A stretch of DNA of 64,000 bases, taken from a virus. The DNA is taken from positions 1 to 64,000 of IMG/VR virus record IMGVR_UViG_3300031952_000004; one strand, given 5' to 3'. Position 1 is the first letter of the stretch; each line of letters starts with the position of its first letter. This document shows positions 41,487-51,998 of the stretch, piece after piece. Both the position numbers and the translations under genes were made by a program. The notes under the pieces are model-generated. The model was given only the letters and a program-made list of their open reading frames with translations. It was not told the DNA's origin and made no database searches.

Positions 41487-42513
41487 AATTACTCATTGGT
41501 CGAATTGGGCTCCTCGTAGGTCTGGGTTATACGAATGTACGAGAGACCAAATTTTTTATGAGAGAAAACAAGGAATTGATTCTCGTCTCGCAATTACAGA
41601 AACTGAGAATCCTCCAGAAACAATGGTTGATGATTGGTTAAGACCGATTTCATGGAAAGAAACTGAAGATTCAATTTTATTCGTAATTCATAGAGGTCTT
41701 CCTAAAGAATTAGAAGATTTAAAAAAGCCAAACATTATGATTATACATGGTAATGTAGAATTTCTTGTTCTTGAAGAAATTTTTAGTCATGCAGAAAAGC
41801 AAGCAATCAATACTCACGTGAATTTAATTTCTGGGTGTAATGCTTCTGTTTCAGTTAATCGACATGACTACGATATATATAAACTTTATGACCCAAAAGA
41901 TAAATTAACTATAATCCATGATGCCATAGATATTGAAAGATATACTGCCGAAGGTAATCAATATCCTTATTTTCATCATCCTCAAATATTGTGGGCAGAT
42001 TCATTAAGACCTACAAAGTTTCCAATGCATATTATTTGGGCTATGAATGAAATTGTTAAACAAATACCAAATGCGAGATTAACAATTGTTGGATTAGATT
42101 TATTAAGTATTTTAACATTTCGAAATTTAATTTTACGTAGTCCTAATCAACATCTTGCAGCCAACATAGAGAATATTCAATTTTTGACAAACGATAATCC
42201 TTCTTATTTTAGAGGAGCCGATATTTTGTTTAATTCTAATATAGCAGGTATTCCGTCAAGAGTCGAACTCGAGGCTATGGCGTGTGGTTGTCAAGTAGTT
42301 GGTTATGGAGATTTTACGAAGTGGACAGCAAAACCCTTTGATATTAAATCAATCGCAGAACAGATAATAAAATGTTGGGAATCTATAAAAGATAGAAAAG
42401 AAGAAGCAAGACAAGAAGCAAGACAATACGTATTAGACAATCACAATATGGAAAAACAAGTAAAAGAGAAATATATTCCTTTATATAATAAGATTCTTTC
42501 GGAGAAAAAATAA
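41476..42513 (+). CDS. GT-B fold glycosyltransferase (GT4-like)
   Basis: ADILFNS..GIPSRVELEAMACGCQVV; ARLTIVG. Confidence 0.85.
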   Translation: MIGKITHWSNWAPRRSGLYECTRDQIFYERKQGIDSRLAITETENPPETMVDDWLRPISWKETEDSILFVIHRGLPKELEDLKKPNIMIIHGNVEFLVLEEIFSHAEKQAINTHVNLISGCNASVSVNRHDYDIYKLYDPKDKLTIIHDAIDIERYTAEGNQYPYFHHPQILWADSLRPTKFPMHIIWAMNEIVKQIPNARLTIVGLDLLSILTFRNLILRSPNQHLAANIENIQFLTNDNPSYFRGADILFNSNIAGIPSRVELEAMACGCQVVGYGDFTKWTAKPFDIKSIAEQIIKCWESIKDRKEEARQEARQYVLDNHNMEKQVKEKYIPLYNKILSEKK

Positions 42514-42516
42514 AAT

Positions 42517-43140
42517 ATGATTAGAAAAGAGTATAATAAAATTTATTATCAAAAACATAGAAAAAAAATATTAAAAAGATTAAAAAAATATCAAAAAACT
42601 CATAAACAACAATATAAAGAATATTATGAAAAAAATAGAATAAAAATATTGAAACAACATAGACAATATATAAAGAATCATCAAGAACAAAGAAAAGAAT
42701 ATATGAAAGAATATAATCAAGAATACAATTTAAAATATAAATCAAAAAGAAAGAAATATAATAAAAAATATAAAAAATTAAATAGAAAACAAATTAATAA
42801 TAGAGAAAGATTTTTATATAAAACAGATATTAATTATAAATTAGCTAAAAATTTAAGAAATAGATTGGGACAAGTAATAAAAAATAATTCTAAATTTATT
42901 TCTGTTATAAAATTAATTGGTTGCTCTGTTAAATTTTTAAAACAATATTTAGAATTACAATTCGAACCAAGTATGACCTGGAATAATTACGGTAAATGGC
43001 ATGTAGACCATATCAGACCTTGTGCAAGTTTTGATTTAAGTAAAGAATCTGAACAAAAGAAATGTTTTCATTATACCAATCTTCAACCTTTATGGGCTAA
43101 AGAAAATATCAGTAAAGGGAGCAAAGAAAAATGGGAATAA
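42517..43140 (+). CDS. HNH endonuclease (copy 3)
   Basis: KWHVDHIRPC...NLQPLWAKEN. Confidence 0.85.
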   Translation: MIRKEYNKIYYQKHRKKILKRLKKYQKTHKQQYKEYYEKNRIKILKQHRQYIKNHQEQRKEYMKEYNQEYNLKYKSKRKKYNKKYKKLNRKQINNRERFLYKTDINYKLAKNLRNRLGQVIKNNSKFISVIKLIGCSVKFLKQYLELQFEPSMTWNNYGKWHVDHIRPCASFDLSKESEQKKCFHYTNLQPLWAKENISKGSKEKWE

Positions 43141-43652
43141 ATACCCAAACATTATATCAATTAAGTACTAATACTTGGAAAAAAATATATGAAACTACTT
43201 TAACAGATGCAGCAACAAGTGTAACTATATCTTCTTTAGATGGAAATACTGATGAAGAATATAGATTAATAATAAGAGCTACAAATTCAAACATATCTGA
43301 TTCGAATATAGGTATAAGACCAAATAACGATTCTGGTAGTAATTATGGTTATCAATATTTATACGGAAATGATACTACAATAGGTGCAGCAAGAACTACA
43401 TTTAATTATTTTAGATTAGGTGCTTATTTTTATAGAAATTTTAGCGATACCTTAATTCACGCTAAAAGCGGTTATGTAAGAACTGCTATTACCACATATC
43501 TTACAAAGGATGAAAGTACTATATTTATAATAGGTACATTCGGTCAAGTATGGAATAATACAGCCGATAATATAACATCAGTGGTTATTGTGTCCGATGC
43601 AACAAATGGTTTAGGAATAGGTACAGTAATAGAATTGTGGAAAAAAATTTAA
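43131..43652 (+). CDS. Virion beta-sandwich protein (one copy of a repeated domain)
   Basis: LDGNTD..Y, NNDSG.NYGYQY, KSGYVRT, WNNT.DNITS shared with 43665-45674. Confidence 0.65.
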   Translation: MGINTQTLYQLSTNTWKKIYETTLTDAATSVTISSLDGNTDEEYRLIIRATNSNISDSNIGIRPNNDSGSNYGYQYLYGNDTTIGAARTTFNYFRLGAYFYRNFSDTLIHAKSGYVRTAITTYLTKDESTIFIIGTFGQVWNNTADNITSVVIVSDATNGLGIGTVIELWKKI

Positions 43653-43664
43653 AGAGGAATAATT

Positions 43665-45674
43665 ATGTCTATTCAACAATTAAAAGGCTTCATTAATAAC
43701 GATTATAAAACAATTTATGATAGTGGAGAATTAGTTTTAAAAGAATTAGATTATATGGAGTATTCTTCGGACGCAAATGCTCAGGCTGCGTATGTAAATG
43801 GTACTAAGACTACTAATGTTATAAGCAATGCTGTTACCGAAACAGGTTCTGGAGGATTGGGAGATTGGGATAATCAAGAATATCGTTCTGCCCAGATTTT
43901 CACATTAACTACTCCTACTACAATAATAAGTTTTCAAGTAAGACTATATAATGGTCAAGGGGTAACAGGGAATATAGTAGGTAGGATAGAAACTACAAGT
44001 GGTGGTTTTCCTACTGGAACTTTAGCCAATGCTAATCTGACAAAAGTTATTGTTCCTACTGGGGCATTACAAACTGTTACATTTGATACTCCTGCAACTT
44101 TAGCTGCAGGAACTTATGCCTTAAAAATAAATTGTGATAATCAAGCACAGGGTATACATCTTTCTGTAGCGTGGTCTGGTGATAATATTCCAAATTCAAA
44201 TGCTCAACAATCTGTTGATGGTGTTTGGAATAATTATGCTAACAGCGATTTCTGTATGCTTCTTACGGTTGAAGCCCTGCAATGTTTTTCCGAATCCACT
44301 ATTAAAACTCAAGGTTCTTATTCTCTTGGAGTGAGTGCTTATAAGACGGATAGTTTAAATGAAACTCTTACTCGCACAGTCTCACCAACAATAAATTTAA
44401 CAGGAGTAAATACTCTTAAATTTGATATTTATGCTTTAAGGACTGGAGCAAATATAAAAATAGGTATACATGATTCAGGTGGAACCACTACCGAAAAAAC
44501 CTATACAGTATTAGTGGCAAATACTTGGGAAACTGTAACTTGGGATATATCAGGAGTTAGCGATGCAAATAAAGATGCAATAGATTCTATTATAATTACA
44601 ATAGTAAATGCCGATGCAGCAAATACATTTTATATAGATAATTTTTATATGGATATTGCAGGAACTGTAAGAGGAACATCTTTAACTATTTCAGGATTAG
44701 ATGGAAATACTGATGAAGAATATATTTTAATTTGTCGTTTTATTGACGACGATACCACAGGTGGTTATTATCTTCGTTTTAATAACGATAGCGGAAATAA
44801 TTATGGTTATCAATATATAAAAGGTTCATCTTCTACTGCATCAGCAGTAAGAGATACATCAGAAGCACAAATAGATTTAGGTTATACTAATACAGATGGT
44901 AATATTTGTTTTTCTAAACATTTAATTCATGTTAAAAGTGGTTATGTGAGAACAGTAATAAGTGAATCAGCAGAAGACATAGCAACGACCACAGTAACAA
45001 ACATTAAAGAAATAGGTCAAGTTTGGAATAATACAGTCGATAATATAACATCAATAGTTATTGGTGCATTAAATGATAAAATAAATATTGGTTCAAGAAT
45101 TATTCTTCTAAAAAAAGCAAATATAATTGGTTCTGGTTCTGGAATAAAAAATATAATAGCTGGTACAAGAAAAGGAAGTTGGGAAAGAATTTATTCTACT
45201 ACTTTAACAGAAGCAGCAACAAGTGTAACTATATCTTCTTTAGATGGTAATACAGATATTTTATATAGATTGAGAGTAAGAGGAATAGGAGTTAGACCAG
45301 ATACTAATGTAATTGATGTATTAGCAAATGGAATAACGAGTGCTGTTTATGGTTATCAATATGTGTCAGGAAATAATGATACTGTTGCTTCATCAAGAGG
45401 TACTGGAGAAACAGAGTGGAGGGCAGCTTACTTTTCAGATAATAAACAATGTATGTTTGAAACTTTAATTTATGCTAAATCTGGTTATGTAAGAACTGCT
45501 TTATCTACTTCGATTAGGGATATATCTGGAACTACAATAACTGCAATATATCAGTATGGATTTGTTTGGAATAATACAGTAGATAATCTCACTTCTTTAG
45601 TGTTAATAAGTCCTTATGGTTCTTATATAGGTATAGGTACATATATAATTTTAGAAAAATTAGTTTTATCATAA
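43665..45674 (+). CDS. Virion fibre/adhesin-like protein with carbohydrate-binding-like module and two copies of the repeated domain
   Basis: Internal repeat as above; beta-rich T/S/G/N composition. Confidence 0.65.
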   Translation: MSIQQLKGFINNDYKTIYDSGELVLKELDYMEYSSDANAQAAYVNGTKTTNVISNAVTETGSGGLGDWDNQEYRSAQIFTLTTPTTIISFQVRLYNGQGVTGNIVGRIETTSGGFPTGTLANANLTKVIVPTGALQTVTFDTPATLAAGTYALKINCDNQAQGIHLSVAWSGDNIPNSNAQQSVDGVWNNYANSDFCMLLTVEALQCFSESTIKTQGSYSLGVSAYKTDSLNETLTRTVSPTINLTGVNTLKFDIYALRTGANIKIGIHDSGGTTTEKTYTVLVANTWETVTWDISGVSDANKDAIDSIIITIVNADAANTFYIDNFYMDIAGTVRGTSLTISGLDGNTDEEYILICRFIDDDTTGGYYLRFNNDSGNNYGYQYIKGSSSTASAVRDTSEAQIDLGYTNTDGNICFSKHLIHVKSGYVRTVISESAEDIATTTVTNIKEIGQVWNNTVDNITSIVIGALNDKINIGSRIILLKKANIIGSGSGIKNIIAGTRKGSWERIYSTTLTEAATSVTISSLDGNTDILYRLRVRGIGVRPDTNVIDVLANGITSAVYGYQYVSGNNDTVASSRGTGETEWRAAYFSDNKQCMFETLIYAKSGYVRTALSTSIRDISGTTITAIYQYGFVWNNTVDNLTSLVLISPYGSYIGIGTYIILEKLVLS

Positions 45675-45689
45675 AAAGGAGAAATAAAA

Positions 45690-45989
45690 ATGAGTATTAG
45701 ATTAAATAATTGCAATTGCAATTGCATGTTTGAAGAAATTAAAAATAATGTTGAAGATTCTACTGCTAAAGGTTATGTTTTAGTTTCTGAATGTAACGAT
45801 TGTAAAACTAAAAGAGAAACAAATGCAATCGAATCTGCTAAACAAAATCGTAAACAAGAAATTATAAATGAACTTAATGAATTAGATAAGAAAGTAATTC
45901 GACCTCTTTTAGATGGCGAAATAATAAGAGTTAACGAAATAAAAGCACAAAAAGTAGTATTAAGAGAAGAATTAAATCTCTTAGGATAG
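45690..45989 (+). CDS. Small hypothetical protein (fibre-chaperone-like C-terminus)
   Basis: ELNELDKKVIRPL..K..LREEL. Confidence 0.5.
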   Translation: MSIRLNNCNCNCMFEEIKNNVEDSTAKGYVLVSECNDCKTKRETNAIESAKQNRKQEIINELNELDKKVIRPLLDGEIIRVNEIKAQKVVLREELNLLG

Positions 45990-46004
45990 AAAGGAGTAAA
46001 TATA

Positions 46005-47963
46005 ATGGCTAATTCGGGATTAGGAGACGGACTTTTTTCAGCTTTTATTAATTGGCTTTACACAACTGGTGATATTTCAGTTCCACCTGATTTTCATAGT
46101 CGCTGCGAAAAAATTAAAGGAATGATAGATAACGATATTTCGGGGGTTATAAATACAGTTTTAGATTATTCTATTTCTTCTGCTTCTAATGCACAATATA
46201 AAATAGAATGTAGCGATAATAATTTACAAAAATTATTAAATACTTGGTTACAAAAAATTAATTTAGAACTAAAGGGAGTCCCCACAGGATTACAAGAACT
46301 CTCAAAAGAATATTTTAAAGAAAGATGGCAGGGTTCTTCTTTATGTTTATTAAGAATAAAAGGTTGGGAAACTTTAACTATAGATAAAAATACAATAGAA
46401 GTACCTACTATTATGTGGTATGTTAATGGTTCTTCAGTATATGTAAAAAGAGATGCCGACAGTAATTATAAATTAGGTTCAGATATTTATTATTTAGATA
46501 AAGAACATAAAGTAAAAGTTCCAGAAGGAAATAAAGAAGAGATAATAATGCAAAAACCATTTGATAGGTGGTTTGACCAATATGCTACTCCTTATTTAAT
46601 TCGTAAAGGAGTATATAAAAATTGGTTAACAATGAAAGTTTTACAAGAAAAATCTGACGAAGTTATTTCTAAAATTTTACCTTACTTATTTATAATTAAA
46701 AAAGGAACAGAAAGATTATTTATAGAAGGCGATATTAGTTACGATGACCCAGATTTAAAAAAAGTAGTAGATGGATTAAAAGAACAATTAGAATCTTATA
46801 AAAATCAAAAAAGTAAAACTCCTACAAATGCTACTACATTTGATACTGAATATGACCATTTAATTCCCGATTTAAGAAAAATTTTGACAGAAGACCTTTA
46901 TAAACAGGGTTTTCGTTTAATTTTATCAGGATTGGGATTTGTTGACATGTTAGAAATTGCTTCTTCAAGACAGGAAAGTAGAATAAATCCTAAACCATTT
47001 GTAGCAGAAATAAATAATGGTGTAGAAGGTTTTAAGTCTATGTTACTAGATATAGTTTATAAAATTATAGAACGAAATAAAGAAAAACATCCTAAATTAT
47101 TTAGTAACAATAATAAATTATTAATAGTAAATTCTCCTCTAAAAATAAATGTAGAACAAATTTTAGACCAATTAAGAAGCGGTTATATTTATGGAGCAAG
47201 TTCTATTACTACTTACCAAGAAGTATTAGGATTAGACCCCGAAACAGAAAAAGAAAGACGACAAAAAGAATTAGATGAAGGATTAGAAGATTTATTTTAT
47301 CCACATTTAATTCAGAATAGAGAAGATATACCTGATAGAATAATTCCTTCTAAGCCTAAGACAACTAAAAAAGAAACAGAAAAACAAAAAGAAAAAGAAA
47401 CACTTCCAGAACATATGCAAGAAGCAGTTACTCAAGAAGATTTAATGTATCCCCATATAATTAATAATCAAGAAGAAAAAGGAAAAGATACATTTTCTCC
47501 AGCTAAACCTAAAAAAGAAAAAGAAGAAAATGAAGACCAAAATAAAAAGAAAAATACACCAGAAACAAAAACAAAAACTGCTGAATTAGAAGAGAAGCAA
47601 ATAGCAAAATGTAAAAAATGTGGATACGAATTCGATTATCTTTCTGTTCCAGAAGCAGGAATGGGATATATAAAATGTCCTAAATGCGAAGAAGTAGTTA
47701 CACAAGAAGATTTAATTGATTCTTCTTTAATTGAAGATTTAGAGACCGCTCCTTATAAAAATTTAAATGAATTACCTAAATATATAAAAAAAATGACAAT
47801 TGGATGTCAAGAAGTTTTTATGGCAACATTTAATTCTGTTTATGAAGATACTGGAGACGAAGGCAAAAGTTTTGCCATAGCCAATTCTGCTGCTCGTAGA
47901 TGTATGAAGAAGCAAGGTTATAATTATGATAAAGAAACTAAAACTTGGAAAAAGAAAGAATAA
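46005..47963 (+). CDS. Putative portal protein with C-terminal zinc ribbon and ChaB-like domain
   Basis: Position before protease/capsid; helical ~450-aa core; PYKNLNELP..QEVFMATFNS..E.KSFAIA ChaB pattern. Confidence 0.6.
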   Translation: MANSGLGDGLFSAFINWLYTTGDISVPPDFHSRCEKIKGMIDNDISGVINTVLDYSISSASNAQYKIECSDNNLQKLLNTWLQKINLELKGVPTGLQELSKEYFKERWQGSSLCLLRIKGWETLTIDKNTIEVPTIMWYVNGSSVYVKRDADSNYKLGSDIYYLDKEHKVKVPEGNKEEIIMQKPFDRWFDQYATPYLIRKGVYKNWLTMKVLQEKSDEVISKILPYLFIIKKGTERLFIEGDISYDDPDLKKVVDGLKEQLESYKNQKSKTPTNATTFDTEYDHLIPDLRKILTEDLYKQGFRLILSGLGFVDMLEIASSRQESRINPKPFVAEINNGVEGFKSMLLDIVYKIIERNKEKHPKLFSNNNKLLIVNSPLKINVEQILDQLRSGYIYGASSITTYQEVLGLDPETEKERRQKELDEGLEDLFYPHLIQNREDIPDRIIPSKPKTTKKETEKQKEKETLPEHMQEAVTQEDLMYPHIINNQEEKGKDTFSPAKPKKEKEENEDQNKKKNTPETKTKTAELEEKQIAKCKKCGYEFDYLSVPEAGMGYIKCPKCEEVVTQEDLIDSSLIEDLETAPYKNLNELPKYIKKMTIGCQEVFMATFNSVYEDTGDEGKSFAIANSAARRCMKKQGYNYDKETKTWKKKE

Positions 47964-48598
47964 TGAAACATAACAAATGTATAGATTGTAACAAAAATTT
48001 GCATCCACTATCAAAATATCAAGGTTCTATACGATGCAAGTCTTGTGCAAGAAAATATCAATATGCTACAAGACCAGAAACAAATCCATTGTTTGATAAA
48101 AAAGGCAAAAATCATTATCAATGGAAGGGTGGCAAAGATTCGAGAAAATGTTATTGTATAGATTGTAATAAAGAATTAAACGAAAGTGCACATTATAGAA
48201 AAGATAAAAGATGCAAATCTTGTTATTATAAAACATTAAAAGGTGAAGGCAATCCGATGTTTGGAATTCATCGATTTGGAGAAAAAGCTCCTACATGGAT
48301 AGATGGTCGTTCTTTTGAACCTTATACAGAAGAATTTAATTCCGAACTTAAAGAATTAATTCGTGATAGAGACAATCATGAGTGCCAGAATTGTAGTATG
48401 ACCGAAGAAGAGCATTTGATAGTTAGAGGCAGAGTTTTAGATATTCATCATATCGATTACGATAAAAAGAATTGTTCAAAAGAAAATTTGATTACTTTAT
48501 GTAATTTTTGTAATATACGAGCCAATTTTAATAGAGATTATTGGCAAGAACTATTTATGAATAAAATGGAGGAATTATGCAAAACGATAAAAAATTAA
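47963..48598 (+). CDS. HNH endonuclease with zinc fingers
   Basis: IRDRDNHECQNC..LDIHHIDYDKKNC..NLITLC; ATG 47963 overlaps the portal stop. Confidence 0.85.
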   Translation: MKHNKCIDCNKNLHPLSKYQGSIRCKSCARKYQYATRPETNPLFDKKGKNHYQWKGGKDSRKCYCIDCNKELNESAHYRKDKRCKSCYYKTLKGEGNPMFGIHRFGEKAPTWIDGRSFEPYTEEFNSELKELIRDRDNHECQNCSMTEEEHLIVRGRVLDIHHIDYDKKNCSKENLITLCNFCNIRANFNRDYWQELFMNKMEELCKTIKN

Positions 48599-50451
48599 TC
48601 GCAGAAGCCCTTTTAGAAATTGCCAAAAAATCTACGACTGAATTTATAGAAGATTCTAAAATTGATAAAGAAATTAAAGATGCTGCAAAGAAAATTGGGA
48701 TTGAATTACCATCTCCAGATATTAGTATTTTTAAGACAGTATATGCAGAAATTGATAAAGTTAATTTGAATGGTGTAATCCTTCCTCGTAAAGCAGTTGA
48801 AGATGGATTAAAAACATTAATTTCTAAACAAGTAAATTTTGAACATGAAGGAGCAGGTCGTGTATGTGGATATACAATAGATGCAAAAATTAATGAAGAT
48901 AAAATAGAAACAATCAATGTTTTTTTTAAATCTCTATTTTTTGACCAATTTGATGAATTAAAAGAAAAAGTAAAATCTGGAGAAGCTGCGGTATCATTTG
49001 AGATTTGGAATAAAGACCCAGAAACAGGAGAGTCGGTAGTTAAAGAATTAAAAAATGGTTTTAAAGAAATCTCACCAATTATTTTTCATGGTACGGGATT
49101 ACTATTAATTAATTCACCTGCTTGCCCAAAGGCAAAGGTATTTCATCTTGTTGCGAATAAGGAAATTCAAGAAGCAGAAAAAATTGTTAATAAAATATTT
49201 GATGAGAATTTAATTTATGCTTCTTTTGCTATAACAGATTCAAAATGTAAAAACTGTGGTATTTGTATATGCGGAAAAGAAGTAAAAGTAATAATAAAAC
49301 AGATAGAATCTAAAGAATGGATTTGCCCTTATTGTGAAAAAGAAATAGGGGAAAAAGAATTATTTTTGGATGAAAAAACCAATAAATGGTATCATCGACC
49401 TTGTCAAGAAAAGGGAGAAATAATTCTACCAAAAGAAACTGCAAAAGAAAAGGAGGAACAAAAAGTGGAATTAGAAAAATTATATGCTAACGTTACAAAA
49501 GAAGAAGATATTACTTTCGAAATTGCTATGACATTTTATTATTCTACAGAGGAAGAGCAAAAAACATTGACAGAAGATGCTGCAAAATGGACTCGTAAGT
49601 TCATTAATAGCTTACCTGATTCAGCATTTGCTGCAATTGAACCTGCTTATCCTGAAAAATTAGAAGATAAAAATTGTAGACATCTTCCTCATCATAATGG
49701 CGAAGGTGATTTAGGGAAAGACAAATCAAATGCGAATTTAGATTTGCCCCATTATAAAAATGCTTTAGCAAGAGTAAGTCAAATTAAACCAGTTAGTGAT
49801 TCTATTTCTGCCGAAGATTTAATAAATAAAGCAAGTTCTCATTTAGAAAGGCATAAGGATGTTTTAGAAAAATCTTCCGAAGAACCTAAGACTGAAGTTA
49901 AACCAGACGAAACCAAGCCAGTAGATGCTGGTGCTGAAACGAAACCTGTGGAAACTGAAGTCAAAAAAGAAATAGCACAACCTTTAGAAGTTATTGAACC
50001 AAAAATAGTAGTTAAAGTTACTCGTAGTTATACTGATGTTTCTGTAGACACTTATGTCGATGGAACTCCATCTGGAACTTCTCAAGGAAAAACTACTTCA
50101 AAAATTATAACAGAGTATAAAGATGGAACTCAAGATGTGGTTGAATCAGAATCAGAATATAAAAGAAAATATGACCTTGCTGAGCTAGAAGAAGCAGTAA
50201 ATTCTGCCAAAGCCGAAAAGGATACAGAAATTGCTACTTTGAAAGCTGAACAAGATAAAGTTTTACAAGAAAAAGATAAAGAAATTAATACTATCAAAAC
50301 AGAACTTGAGCAGAAGTCTCAAGAGATTGAAAAGGCAAAAGTCGAAGACAAAAAGACGGATGACCTTACTGTAGGTACTGTTGAAGTAAAAGATAATTAT
50401 CAAATCAAAAGAGAAGGTATAGATAATAGAGCTTTTGGAAAAAAGAAATAA
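48577..50451 (+). CDS. Putative prohead protease/scaffold protein
   Basis: NLNG..VNFEH..VSFE..PAC protease-like N-terminus; INSLPDSAFA..RHLPHH..NALAR domain; acidic coiled-coil tail; precedes capsid. Confidence 0.65.
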   Translation: MQNDKKLIAEALLEIAKKSTTEFIEDSKIDKEIKDAAKKIGIELPSPDISIFKTVYAEIDKVNLNGVILPRKAVEDGLKTLISKQVNFEHEGAGRVCGYTIDAKINEDKIETINVFFKSLFFDQFDELKEKVKSGEAAVSFEIWNKDPETGESVVKELKNGFKEISPIIFHGTGLLLINSPACPKAKVFHLVANKEIQEAEKIVNKIFDENLIYASFAITDSKCKNCGICICGKEVKVIIKQIESKEWICPYCEKEIGEKELFLDEKTNKWYHRPCQEKGEIILPKETAKEKEEQKVELEKLYANVTKEEDITFEIAMTFYYSTEEEQKTLTEDAAKWTRKFINSLPDSAFAAIEPAYPEKLEDKNCRHLPHHNGEGDLGKDKSNANLDLPHYKNALARVSQIKPVSDSISAEDLINKASSHLERHKDVLEKSSEEPKTEVKPDETKPVDAGAETKPVETEVKKEIAQPLEVIEPKIVVKVTRSYTDVSVDTYVDGTPSGTSQGKTTSKIITEYKDGTQDVVESESEYKRKYDLAELEEAVNSAKAEKDTEIATLKAEQDKVLQEKDKEINTIKTELEQKSQEIEKAKVEDKKTDDLTVGTVEVKDNYQIKREGIDNRAFGKKK

Positions 50452-50531
50452 AAAAAGCAAAAGACATAAGTCTAGCTTAAAAGATAGTAACAAAAAACGA
50501 AACAATCGATAAAAAAATAGGAGAAATAAAA

Positions 50532-51440
50532 ATGAGTGATAAAAGAGTGGATTTAGAAATAGCAAGATTAATCGGGCAACCTATTAATCCAAATCTGCCT
50601 TCGCCATTGGCGTTGACAGAGGCTTGTAACGTCGAAGCAGCAGCTCCTGGAGAAGAAATTAAAGCATTTACAGGTGATACTAGTGATATAGATGACATTT
50701 ATACTGCAGACGCAGATGGTAAATTAACGATTCATAAATGTACTCCAGTTACACCCGCTGCAGTTACTTGGGTTGGTTTACAGTCATTGTTAGAGTATGT
50801 ATTAATTAATGATGTACTTCCTAGCGAAGACCAGGGTGCATTAGCAAGAAAGAAAGCTGGAATTACTAGAGCTATGGATAAACAAGAAGTAAAATTAGTT
50901 TGTGATGCCGCATTAGGAGTAGTTTCTCAGAGAGTAACAGCAGAAGCTGGTAAAGATGTTCTTCATCGTATTATACAATTAAAGCAAAAAGTTGGAGTTT
51001 ATGGTGATAATTTTGTACTTTTAGTTGGCACAGACATTGCAGATGCAATCGATACTTATGACATTGATTATGTTACTACACATGAATATAAAATAGGTAT
51101 TAAAGATGTATTAGCTAATTTGGGAATTACAGTTATAAAAATAGTTGGCGAAGTTAATGGTGCAGTAATTTTAGGTGCTAAGAAAGGTATTTTAGTAGCT
51201 AGAAATTCTATGTTAGCTGAAGGTAGACCTATTTATTTTCTTAGACGTTCAATTAGTCCTGAAATTGCAGCTCAGATGGGAATCGAAAGTGGCGTGAGAT
51301 TAATTTCCGTTGCTCAAGTTCCTACAATTATAGATACTAAGAATACATTAGGTTATGGATGTTTTGGTTATGAAAGTTTTATGTTAGTTATAACAAACTA
51401 TAGAGCAATTGCTACTATGGTAGACTTATTAGCTGCATAA
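50532..51440 (+). CDS. Putative major capsid protein
   Basis: 302 aa, follows the scaffold, strong SD, downstream hairpin. Confidence 0.65.
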   Translation: MSDKRVDLEIARLIGQPINPNLPSPLALTEACNVEAAAPGEEIKAFTGDTSDIDDIYTADADGKLTIHKCTPVTPAAVTWVGLQSLLEYVLINDVLPSEDQGALARKKAGITRAMDKQEVKLVCDAALGVVSQRVTAEAGKDVLHRIIQLKQKVGVYGDNFVLLVGTDIADAIDTYDIDYVTTHEYKIGIKDVLANLGITVIKIVGEVNGAVILGAKKGILVARNSMLAEGRPIYFLRRSISPEIAAQMGIESGVRLISVAQVPTIIDTKNTLGYGCFGYESFMLVITNYRAIATMVDLLAA

Positions 51441-51455
51441 TCTTTAGATAAAAAA

Positions 51456-51485
51456 GAGGGGGATAGGTAAAACCTTCTCCCTCCC
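51456..51485 (+). terminator. GC-rich hairpin after the capsid gene
   Basis: GAGGGGGATAGG-TAAAA-CCTTCTCCCTC. Confidence 0.5.
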
Positions 51486-51506
51486 ATAAAATTACTAAAG
51501 AAAAAA

Positions 51507-51998
51507 ATGATTAAGAAATTAAATAAAACTAATATACAAGATATTTATGAATTTGTTTCTAAAGTTAAAGATAAAGAAGAAGATTTTTATATTACAGAAA
51601 ATAAACAAAGAAAATTTCTAAAAGAAAATTTTAAGTTAATAGAAAAAATTTTAAAGTATCAAGAAGTATATGGTAAAATAGAAAAAGATAATATAAAAGC
51701 AATTTTTATTATATATAAAGAAAAAGGATTTAGACCTTATTTAAAAATTTTAGGCGAAACTACGGAAGATAGTTTAGATTTAATTAAATTTATAAAATGG
51801 AATTTTTCAGAATTGGAAGTATATTGTAAATTAAAAAAATATAATCCATTAACACAAAAATTACAAAGAGAAGGATTTTTTCCTATCGGAAGCAGAGGAA
51901 AAGAAATATTATTAATTAAAAAAAGTTATAAGACTAATAAAATAGTAGCAAAGGATAAAGGAGAAGAAGATGGATACCATAATAGAAAAGATTCGTAA
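51507..51998 (+). CDS. Possible GNAT-fold protein
   Basis: IKKLNKTNIQDI start; N..L.REGF..IG C-terminal GNAT-like motif. Confidence 0.35.
   Translation: MIKKLNKTNIQDIYEFVSKVKDKEEDFYITENKQRKFLKENFKLIEKILKYQEVYGKIEKDNIKAIFIIYKEKGFRPYLKILGETTEDSLDLIKFIKWNFSELEVYCKLKKYNPLTQKLQREGFFPIGSRGKEILLIKKSYKTNKIVAKDKGEEDGYHNRKDS

Noticed and set aside
43131-45674. Three copies of one domain as a diversity-generating retroelement template/variable pair
   Set aside because: Differences are not adenine-specific, all copies are coding, and there is no reverse transcriptase in the window
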